21,168 nucleotides of DNA from NCBI RefSeq assembly GCF_004010195.1, contig NC_057718.1, forward strand, positions 73,903,931 to 73,925,098. Direction: 5' to 3'. Positions 9,805 through 19,019 of the stretch are shown piece by piece; position 1 is the stretch's first letter; each line of letters begins with the position of its first letter. The position numbers were made by a program, and so were the translations under genes. Under the pieces are notes generated by a model that was not told the origin of the DNA, searched no databases, and saw only the letters and a program-made list of their open reading frames with translations. This stretch comes from Chiloscyllium plagiosum. Lineage: Eukaryota.

Positions 9805-10400
9805 AAAAGCAGAATTATATTCATTATTTTTCATTCTAAGATTATCCTTATAGAACAAAAATGATTTTGGAAGACTACAGTTAATGCATCTATTTTCTCC
9901 TCTCTACTTTTAAGACCCTGTAATTCAACACATCTGGTCCTGGGGACTGGTCAACCTTTAAATCTAGTAGCTTTCCCATGACGTTTCCTCTGGTGGTGGA
10001 GGTGATTGTTTTAAGTTTCTCTTTCTCTCGATTTTGAAGTGGCTGTAGGAAGTTTTCTCGGTTTACTTTGAAGATAGACTGAATACCTGTTCAACCCCTA
10101 TTTCCTAGCAGTAAATGATCAGATTCCCAGACATACACTGTAGAGGACGAGCAATAACTATAATTATTCATCGTCTTGAAATAGTTGCAGAAACTGATAC
10201 TGTTACATTAATAGCTAGCTTTCTCTCTCATACTAATTTTATTCCTTTTTTGTGAGATTTAAGAAACAGCAAGAAGTGACAAATCTTTGCAGATTTTCTT
10301 TCATTTGATGCAACCTTTAACTTTTTCAATCATCCACAAATGATGCACCCTTCTCAAAGAACATTTATTTCTCTTGGGATTTGCTCAGGGCTATTAAATA
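9805..10400 (-). mobile_element. Old CR1 ORF2 linker-region fragment
   Basis: Minus-strand remnants SPGPDVLNYRVLK (~9908-9947) and IDALTVVFQN (~9865-9895). Right boundary approximate. Confidence 0.6.
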
Positions 10401-10627
10401 TCTCAAATTAACAGAACTATCCCACCACCTTTTCTCAGTTTCCTCTCCTTTTGACATATTAAATGCATACACATTCAAATACAATCTTAATTTTGTCTCT
10501 GTCTTTTTTTATATCTCTAACATTATCTGCTGATGCACTCTTAAATTTATATGCTTTTTGCAAGGACTACATATTTAATTTAAAAATGTAAACTGCAAAC
10601 TAGAAGTTTGAATTATTTTGTTTACAT

Positions 10628-11180
10628 TATAAGACATGGGACCATTTGGCCCATTGAATCTGCTCTGCTATTCGATCATGGCTGATATGCTTCTCAACTC
10701 CAAACTTCTGCCTTCTCCCCATGACCTTTGGTCCCTTGATTAATCAAGAACCTATCTATCTCAATCTTAAAGAAACTCAATGACTTGGCCTCCACACCCT
10801 TCTGTGGCGATGAATTCTACTCTCTGGCTAAAGCAGTTTCTCCTCATCTCAGTTCTAATGCATCATCCCTTCACTCTGAGGCTGTGCCTTGGGGTACTAG
10901 TTTGTCCTCTTAGTGGAAGCATATTTTCCACGTCCCTACTCTCCAAGCCTCTCAATATCCTCTAAGCTTCAATCAGATCCCCTCAATCTTCTAAACTCTG
11001 ATTACAGATCCAGAGTCCTCAATACTTATGTGACAAGCCCTTCATTCCCAAGATCATTCTTGTGAGCTTCCTCTGGACCCCATCCAAGGGCAGCACATCC
11101 ATTCTTTGATAAGGGGCCCAAAACTGTCACAATATTCCAAATGTGCTCTGACCTGAACCTTTGTTTAGCCTTAGCAGTAT
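10628..11180 (-). mobile_element. CR1 LINE 3' portion
   Basis: + strand begins ataagacatggg...ccatttggcccattgaatctgctc, the reverse of a CR1 3' UTR; an LEYC.QFWAPY-like segment lies on the minus strand at ~11110-11140. Confidence 0.75.
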
Positions 11181-11183
11181 ATC

Positions 11184-11415
11184 ATACAATCCCTAAATTA
11201 TGGAAGCAGACCATTTGGCACACCGACCCTCCAAAGAGCAGCCCACCTAGATCCACCCTCCTACCCTTTCCCTGTAACCCTGCATTCCCCAAGGCTAATT
11301 AACTTAGCCTACACATACCTGGATACTATGGGCAATTTAACATGGCCAATCCAACTAACCTGTACGTTCTTGGACTGTGGGAGGAAATTGAAGCACAGTG
11401 AGGAAACCTATATAG
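11184..11415 (-). mobile_element. HE1-like V-SINE, 5'-truncated
   Basis: ctatgggcaatttaacatggccaatccaactaacctg...ttggactgtgggaggaaa is the reverse complement of the V-domain at 2410-2475. Confidence 0.78.
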
Positions 11416-11419
11416 GCTT

Positions 11420-12572
11420 GGAGAAAATCAGAAACAAAAACAAGTTGCTGGAAAAGTTCAGCAGATCTGGCAGCATTTGTGAAGAGAAATCAGAGTTAAC
11501 ATTTTGGATCTGGTGACCCTTCCTCAGAGCTGATGGTAGCTAGGAAAATGTTGGTTTATATGCTGAAGATAGGGTGGGGGGGGAGAGGAGAGGATAAGGA
11601 ATAAATGATAGGTGGGGATAGAGCTGAAAGAGAGAGACAGACAAATGACTGGATAACAGTCTGGCTAGAAGAGTGAATAGTTGTTAATGGAGACTGTTAC
11701 TGGCTAACAATAAGTATTGTGTAATGGCAGACTGTGATAGTGAGATCTGGTGTGTGAGGTTGGGGGCAAGGACACAGGAGAGTTCACACCCTAAAATTAT
11801 TGAACTCTCCAAGTGGAAAATGATGTGATGTTCTTTCAACTTGCACTTAGCTTCACTGGAGCACTGCACAAGCCTGAGACAGAGATGTTGGCCAGGGAAC
11901 AGGTTGGCAGCTGGCATTAGCAGGCAGCTGGAAGCTCAGGGTCATTTTTTGCAGATAGAATGTAGGTGTTCTGTGAAATGGTCACCTAGTCCACACTTTG
12001 TTTCCCCAATCTAGAGGAGAACACATTGTGAACAGTAAACTGTATTATGTGAAGTGCCGGTAAAGTGTTGCTTCACCTGGAATATATGTTTGCTGCCTTG
12101 GATAATGAGGAAAGAGGAAATCGGCATGTGTTTCACCTTGAGCAATTGCAGCAGAAGGTGCTGTGGGGCCCTGAGGGCAGGGATGAGGGGTTGGTTGTTG
12201 GGAGTGAAGGAAGAGTGGACCAGTGCCCCAAAGGAAATGATTCCTGCGGAAAGGGGGCAAGGGAGGGGAATACAAGTCTGATGGTGGCATCTCGCTGAAG
12301 GTGGCAGAAATGGTAGCTGATGATCTCCTGGATGTGGATGCTGGTGGGATGGTAGGTAAGGATTGCTGATGTTGGAGGGAAGAGTGAGAGACAGGGCAGA
12401 AATACAGGGGATGGGTCAGGTCCAATGGAGACCACAATCTACAACTGTGTTCTGGTTGAGGAAGAAGGCGGATATTTTGGAGGTTTCCTCATCAAAATTG
12501 ACCTCATCAGAGCATATACAATGTGGACGGAGGAATGGGAGAATGGAATGGAGTCTTTACAGGAAGCAGAGT
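11420..12572 (-). mobile_element. PLE 3' half (RT C-terminus, GIY-YIG endonuclease, 3' UTR, pseudo-LTR), decayed
   Basis: Minus strand gives SCKDSIPFS (~12540-12565), YCSQCVLL*IGETKCGLGDHFTEHLHSICK (~11950-12040) and QCSSEAKCKLKEHHIIFHLE. Degenerate hammerhead CUGAGGA-A-GGGUC-ACCA-GAUCC-AAAA at ~11500-11527. Confidence 0.85.
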
Positions 12573-13043
12573 GAGATGCTGAATGTTCTGTACTCAAAGA
12601 TCTCTGCTTTATCCCTCTGCGCCCCCACCTTAATGAATTTCAGGCACAACATGATGTCAAACTCTTCTTCTGTTGTCTTTGCCTCTGTGTCCATATCTTT
12701 GGACGAGAGTCCTCTTCCTGTCCCACCGATTCCTTCGCCCAGCTCCAACACTCCCTCCACCTAGACCCCTGCCTTTGGCCTTTGACCTGCACTTGATCTG
12801 TTCATTGAGAACTGTCAACATTGGTCGCCTCAATTTCTCTGCACCCCTCACCCAATCCACACTGTCTCCCTCTGAACTGACTGTACTCTATGCGCTTAGA
12901 TCCAACCCTAACTTTGTTATTAAGCCTGCTGTTAAGGGTGGTGCTGTTATAGTCTGGCGTACTGACCTCTACATTGCAGTTTTTGGATTAGTGGTGCTGG
13001 AAAAGCACAGCAGGTTAGGCAGAATCCGAGGAGCAGTAAAATC

Positions 13044-13071
13044 AACGTTTCGGGCAAAAGCCCTTCATCAG
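13044..13071 (-). ncRNA. Minimal type I hammerhead ribozyme motif
   Basis: Minus strand reads CUGAUGA-A-GGGC-UUUU-GCCC-GAAACGUU, with the palindromic ACGU stem III typical of dimer-dependent PLE hammerheads; stem I is weak. Confidence 0.75.
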
Positions 13072-13554
13072 GGTTACAGGCAGAGTGCCTAAAGGGTGCA
13101 GAGATAAATGAGTGAAGGGTGGGGGTGGGGAGAAAGTAGCATAGAGTCTTCAGGGCAGAGGAAATGACCTGGGAGTTGCAGTGGGAGACGGACTCCCTGA
13201 GATTCTTGTAGAGAGAGGAGGAAAACCTCTTCAAGGCAGGCATCCTTGCAAGAGGATTCGCAGTAGGGATAAAATCAACTAGGTAAAAACAATGAGCCAT
13301 TAATCCAGAATCTGGTTTCCAGATCTGCAGTCATTGTTTTTACCTAGTTGATTTTATCCCTACTGCGAATCCTCTTGCAAGGATGCCTGCCTTGAAGAAG
13401 TTTTCCTCCTCTCTCTGAAAGAATCTCAGGGAGTCCCTCTCCCACTGCAACTCCCAGGTCATTTCCTCTGCCCTGAAGACTCTATGCTACTTTCTCCCCA
13501 CCCCCACCCTTCACTCATTTATCTCTCCACCCTTCAGGCACTCTGCCTGTATCC

Positions 13555-13581
13555 CTGATGAAGGGTTTTGTCCGAAACGTT
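13555..13581 (+). ncRNA. Minimal type I hammerhead ribozyme motif with weakened stem II
   Basis: CUGAUGA-A-GGG-UUUUG-UCC-GAAACGUU; counterpart of 13044-13071 with a 1-nt deletion and a C>T change. Confidence 0.65.
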
Positions 13582-15414
13582 GATTTTACTTCTCCTCGGA
13601 TGCTGCCTGACCTGTTGTGCTTTTCCAGCACCACTAATCCAGAATCTGGTTTCTAGTATCTGCAGTTATTGTTTTTACCTCTACATTGCAGAGGTGGAGT
13701 GCTAGCTCTCCGATACCTCCTCCTATCTCCTCCTGGACCATAACCTCCACATGGAATATCAGGCCATTGTGTCAACTATGGTCACTGACTTAATTTCATC
13801 TGCTGATCTTCCCCTAACCACTGCCTTCAAACGGATAGTCCCCCAGCCTCACATCTCATTCCTAAAATCCACAAACTGGATTTCCCAGCACACCCATTGT
13901 TTCAGTCTGCTCCTGTCCCACAGAACTCCCAAGTTCCTACCTTGACTTCCCTGCCCAGTTACATCCGTGATTCCTCTGACACTTAATCCAGTTTCAGAAT
14001 TTTCAGTTTGCAGTCATCTTCACAGTGACGTGCAATCCTTTACACATCCATCCCCCACCAGGACGGTCTCAGGGCTCGCAGCGTCTTCTTGGAGCAAAGG
14101 CCTGAACTGACCCAACCAATACCACCCTCCTCTGCTTGGCCAAGCTCATCCTCACCCTTAACTTCTCTTCTAACTCCTCTCAGTTTCTTCAGATCAGAGG
14201 GGTGACTATGGGTATGCACTTGGGCACCAGTTATGCGTGTCTCTGTGCGCGGTTTGTGGAACATTACTTGTTTCAGTTCTATTCTGGCCCCCCATCCACA
14301 ACTCTTTCTTCAATATATCATTGATACAATCAGTGCTCTTCCCTCTCTCGTCTGGAATTGGAAACGTTCATTGGTTTCACTTCCGATTCCCTCACTTTCA
14401 CCTGATACATCTCTGACTCTTCCCTTCCTTGACATCTGTTCCCATTTCTGAGGATAAACTGGCTACTAATATCCACTATAAACTCACCAACCCCCATTGC
14501 TGTCTGGACTACACATTCTCGCACTCTGCTTCTTGTAAAGACTGTATTCAATTATCCCAGTTTGTCCGTCTCCGTTGCAAATTCTGATAAGGCCAACTTC
14601 GACAAGGGAGCATCTGAGATTTCCACCTCCTTCCTCAAGCAAGAATTCCCCAGCACTGTTGTCAATAGTGCTCTCAACCAGGTCTGACCAATCTCCCACA
14701 CTTCTGCCTTCACACCATCTCTTTCCTCCCACAACAGTGATAGGGTTTCCCTCATCCTTATCCCCCATCCCACCAGCATCTACATCCAGATCATCAGCTG
14801 CTATTTCCATCACCTCCAGCGAGATGCCACTACCAGACAGACATTCCCCTCCTGAGTCTACAGGGACCGTTTGCTGTGGAACACCTGATCCACTCTTTCA
14901 TTCCCAATACCCACAACAGCCACATGGCACCTTTCCCTGCAAAAGCTGAAGGTGTAACACCTGCCCATTTACCTCTTCCTTCCTCTTTGTTCAGCAACAC
15001 TCCCCAGGGCCTTACCATTAAGTGTAGACGTCCTGCCCTGATTTGCCTTTCCAAAATGCAGCACCTCTTGTTTATCTAAATTAAACTTCATCTGCCAATT
15101 CTCATCTGATCAAGATCCCATTGTACTGTGAGGTAAGCTTCTTCACTGTCCACTGCACCTCCAATTTTGGTGTCATCTACAAGATATACCTCCTGTGTTC
15201 GCACTCAAATAATTTTATATAAATAAAGAAAAGCACTAGAACCAGCACCGATTCTTTTGGCACTCTACTGGTCACAGGCCTCCAGTCTGAAAAGCAACAG
15301 TCCATCACCATCCTCTGACTTCTACCTTCGAGCCAGTTCTGTATCCAAATGGCTAGTTCTCCCTCTATTCCATGTGATCTAACCTTGCGAACCAGTCTAC
15401 CATGAGGAATCTTG

Positions 15415-15686
15415 AAGAGGGCAGAGATTTAGGGTGAGAGGGGAAATAGTTAAAAGGGACCTAAGGGGAAATTATTTTACGCAAAAGGTGGTGTGTGTAT
15501 GGAATGAGCTGCAGTGGTGCAGGCTGGTACAAGTACAACCTTTTAAAAGGCATCTGGATGGATACATGAATAGGAAGGGTCGAGAGGGATATGGACCATG
15601 TGCTGGCAAATGGGGCTAGATTAATTTAGGATATCAGGTTGGCATGGACGAGTTGGATCGAAAGGTCTGTTTCTGTGCTATATATC
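15415..15686 (+). mobile_element. Short CR1 3'-end insertion
   Basis: RGEIVKRDLRGNYFTQKVVCVWNEL..FKRHLDGYM, then 3' UTR ggcatggacgagttgg...ggtctgtttctgtgcta. Probable TSD tgaggaatcttg (15403-15414) / tgagggaccttg (15687-15698). Confidence 0.8.
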
Positions 15687-16065
15687 TGAGGGACCTTGCG
15701 AAAGTCTTACTAAAATCCATGTAGACAACATTTACTGCTGTACTCTCATCAATCATCCTCATTGCCTCAAAAAAATCAATCAAATTAGTAAGACATGACA
15801 TGCCATGCACAAAGTCATAGTGACTGTCCTTAATTAAGTCATGCTTTTCCAAATGCGCATAAATGCTACCCCTAAGAAACCTCATCAGTAGCTTCCCGAC
15901 CACTGATGTGGAGACGCACTGGTCTATAATTTCCTGGATTATCCCTATTTCCCTTCTTAAACAGAGGAACAGCATTAACTAATTGCCAGTCCTCAGGGAC
16001 CTTGCCAATGGCTAGAGGGGATATCAAGATTTTGGTCAAGCCCTCAGTAATCTTCTCCCTTGGCC

Positions 16066-16163
16066 ACTTGATAACCTGGGGTAGATCCCATCAAAGCCTG
16101 GGGACTTATCCAACTTGATAACCTGGGGTAGATCCCATCAAAGCCTGGGGACTTATCCAACTT
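16066..16163. repeat. Perfect 47-bp tandem duplication
   Basis: acttgataacctggggtagatcccatcaaagcctggggacttatcca at 16066-16112 and 16113-16159, with a third actt at 16160-16163. Confidence 0.95.
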
Positions 16164-16304
16164 AATGCTCTTGAAGAACATTAACATTACTTCTTTCTTG
16201 ACCTCAAAATGCCTTAGCAGATTAGCGTGCGCCACACTAATTTCACTACCTGCCATGTCCTTCCCCTTGTGAATATCGACCCAAGGTATTCATTTAGGAG
16301 TTTT

Positions 16305-16495
16305 ACTTTTATAGGTTGGTGGATACATACACATTAAATGAAAGCTTTCTAAAGAAATTTGGATAAGTGCATGAAAGAGAATACTTGCAGAGATTTGAAA
16401 GAGTGAAAGAGACTCACTGATTCGTTCTTCAAAAGAGTCAGTGGCAACTTTATGGGCCAAATGACCCCTTTTTGCATTGTGCTGTTCTATAATTT
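16305..16495 (+). mobile_element. Old CR1-like 3'-end fragment
   Basis: ttggataagtgcatgaa...atgggccaaatgacccc...tgtgctgttctat resembles CR1 3' UTRs. Confidence 0.5.
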
Positions 16496-16719
16496 TGAGT
16501 CGTATTCTTTCCTAGTATTTGGTTGAAAATTGTTTCTCAGTTTTGCTGCAAAGTATTCAAAACCTTGTTAAAGAATACTACATGCCAATAATGATGACCT
16601 TGTACAAAAAAGACATTCACTTGTTTTAAATGTTCTTATTCACCTGCCATAGAAAATGCTATTTACAGAAATCCCTGTTCTTAAATTTTCAGTCTGCTTC
16701 AATCTGTAATCAATCTGCT

Positions 16720-17175
16720 CAGATGTTATTACACACCTCGAGCATGTGGTACTTTTTTTCTCATTCACAGCATGAGGGCTTTGCTGGCTAGGTCAGCATT
16801 TATTGCCCATCCCTAATTGCTCAGAGGGCAGCTAAGAGTCAACCATGTTGCTATGAGTCTGGAGTCACTTATAGGCCATACCAGATAAGGATGGCAGTTT
16901 CCTTTCTCTAAAGGGCATTAGTGAACCAGATAGGTTTTTTTCTGACAATCGACAGTGGATTCATGGTCACCTTCAGACACTTAATTCCAGATATTTATTG
17001 AATTCACACTCCACCATCTGCTGTGACTGGATTCGGACCCAGGTTCCCTGAGTATTGCCTGGATCTCTGGATTAACATTCCAGTGATAGTACCACAATGC
17101 TATTTCCTCCCCTTCCCTTGAACCTGGGTGTCTCTGTCCATGGATAGGGATGTGACCACTGCACCATAAGAGGGG
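16720..17175 (-). mobile_element. Short tRNA-derived SINE remnant (16720-16753 plus 17117-17175) split by the Deu-SINE-like element
   Basis: The joined minus strand reads ccctcttaTGGTGCAGTGGtcac...ccaGGTTCAAG|TACCacatgctcgaggtgtg, giving Pol III A-box and B-box-like motifs. Confidence 0.6.
16753..17112 (-). mobile_element. Near full-length tRNA-headed Deu-SINE-like element (SacSINE1-like)
   Basis: Minus strand has A-box-like tagcattgtggt, B-box-like gggtccgaatcc, a core gtgactccagactcatagcaacatggttgactcttagctgccctctg, tail gggatgggcaataaatgctg and an A-rich end. Confidence 0.72.
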
Positions 17176-18091
17176 TTGGGAGAAAGCTGATATTAGAAAG
17201 AAAGCAGGTGGTCACCCAACAGTAGTCATTAACTTCAGGAGAATGAAAATGAGAACATCACATTGTGTAAAGCTGAAGAAGTATAAATGCATAAAAAACA
17301 TACTACTATGTAATGCTCAGCATGTGAATACTAGTTTTTACTCGTGAGAAGGGAATACAGTTTAAAAAGTAAATAGGAAGGATTTTGCTGTAGATTCATA
17401 CCTGTGTATGTTATGAGAAATGTATATTTTCTTAATTTTGTACTTCTTCGATGAAAGTTGACATTGGGTAGTGAGCATGGTTTGTTTCAGGCACCTTGTG
17501 TCAGCATGAAGTTCAGGGCAGCACAGCTAAGTGCAGAGCAATGTTCCGCCTCGTTTTAGTATCTTGCTTTATGCTGACTTCATACGATTTTGCCACTGCA
17601 GCAAACTGAGATTTTTAAACATTTTGTGCCAGTCCCTGAGTGGTGTTACTGGTTGACACTGAATTGGATTAAGGCTACCTATCCTTAGTTCACCATGGTG
17701 CCTTCTGGTTGATGGGAAGCTGATTCCATCTGTGGGAGCCCAAAATCTAATGTGCTTCACCACACAGTCTCTTCTGCAATGCACCAAACCTTTGTCCTCC
17801 ACTACGCTCCAATTGGAAGTATCATCTAATTCTTTACTCTGAGAGCATCTTTTGAAACTATTTCATTTCAGGTTTCAAATAAGAATTATTTCTTTGAGGT
17901 GAATCTTGTACTATATTGCTAAAATAGGATTATGTTAATGAGATGCTAATGAGCTAAATTTACATGTTTCTCCAGTGCACTTTAATCTTTGTCCATCAAG
18001 ACTGACACTATACATGTTGGTAGAATGCTTATGATGTTCGATTTAAACTGTTAAAGTTTGCCAGTAATTTTGCTTTTTTTTTTACTTACAG

Positions 18092-18168
18092 CAACTAGAA
18101 CAGCAAGAACTCTTTCCCCAAGGTCATAGCTGTGCTGTCTGTGGAAAAGTCAAATGTAAAAGACATAA
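18092..18168 (+). CDS. SNX14: Sorting nexin 14 internal coding exon (77 bp; probably exon 3)
   Basis: Polypyrimidine acceptor ...tttttacttacag| and donor |gtaagt. Translates [25 protein letters not shown] plus 2 nt, matching recalled human [25 protein letters not shown], in frame with the 6283-6403 exon (intron 6404-18091, 11,688 bp). Confidence 0.97.
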
Positions 18169-19019
18169 GTAAGTGCATCAGACCAAACTTGTACTTAACC
18201 ACTGGTGTACATTTCCTTAGTTAAGTTCTAAACTGCATCAAGATCTCTTGAAGCTCATCGTTCAAGGCAAATTTAAATGATGCACTGTTTGTGTGTTGAA
18301 TTGTTCATGTAGCAATTCAGTAATCTAAAGGAAGATGACTGATAGTGCTTTGGGCATAAGCTTTCTGTATTTTCACTTGTAATGCAAAATAACCTGCCTT
18401 CAAAAAACCTGAATGATTTAATAATTATATTAGAAAGAACACCGTCATATAGAGTGGAAAGAGACTTTTACACCATTGTGAAAGTCTATCCAATTATCAG
18501 ATTGCCCTTCTCTTTCCCATTAATCCTGAATTTTTTTAAATGGATCAGACACATCTGCATGGATTGGTTGGGTAAATTCTGCACCTCATTTAGATTTTAA
18601 TTGTCATCATCTTTATTGAGATATTAAACTGTTTATTCTGTTATTTATCAATTCTTGCATCTCCCATTGTATTAAGAAAAGAACTGAACCATTTTGCTGT
18701 TTTATTTGCACTATTTTATTCAGATGGCATATTTATCAGGAAACTCAACTGTAAATTACGTGTAGCAGGTGCACCTGACTGAAGATTATAAATGTTATTT
18801 GTTCTGCTCATTTCTGTTTTGCTACAAACTGTGGTTTGCAGCTTAAACAAGACCGACAAAGAGCAATGACAATGAGGTGGAGATTAAGCTGCTAATGCTG
18901 ATATTGCATTCAGAGATTAAGTTAGGTTATGAAGATATTATACAGTTCAGTAATTTGCAGGAAGGAGTTCGAAATCATTTTAACTTGTTATGTTTCTAGT
19001 TCAGCATAATGTGGATATG

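Larger units (their letters stand above)
6630..9820 (+). mobile_element. Old, highly decayed CR1 RT fragment (own sequence 6630-6737 and 9423-~9820) hosting the nested insertions
   Basis: KMLESIVKEK..QCGFRKGKACLTNL before 6737 resumes after 9422 with LNFQK, GIGCNILAWLED and FKFGDTKLG-like remnants. Confidence 0.75.
12980..13680. mobile_element. ~700-bp inverted dimer of a 334-nt hammerhead-bearing non-autonomous PLE derivative, with TSD
   Basis: Arms ~12981-13295 and 13331-13645 are ~95% identical by manual count, with a 35-bp spacer and a tail at ~13647-13680. Direct repeat acctctacattgcag at 12965-12979 and 13677-13691. Confidence 0.92.
12580..14990 (+). mobile_element. Decayed PLE RT region, interrupted at 12980-13680
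   Basis: FIPLRPHLNEFR (~12608-12645), KPAVKGGAVIVWRTDLYIA|E across the insert, QSLYTSIPHQDGL (~14035-14070), QIRGVTMGMHLGTSYACL, LFLQYIID and ASCKDCI. Confidence 0.88.
14990..16300 (-). mobile_element. CR1 ORF2 internal fragment (linker plus RT), interrupted at 15415-15686
   Basis: KSPGFDGIYPR (ORF 16044), SCLTNLIDFFE..VVYMDFSKTFA (ORF 15634) and VDDTKIGGAVDSEE (~15140-15180, minus strand). Confidence 0.85.

Noticed and set aside
16066..16163. CRISPR-like or satellite array
   Set aside because: Only two adjacent copies, no spacers, eukaryotic context.
16990..17175. tRNA genes
   Set aside because: A/B-box-like motifs belong to decayed SINE heads; no cloverleaf can be drawn.
17480..17830. 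Possible extra exon or repeat upstream of the 18092 exon
   Set aside because: No convincing splice pair, protein match or repeat motif; left unassigned.
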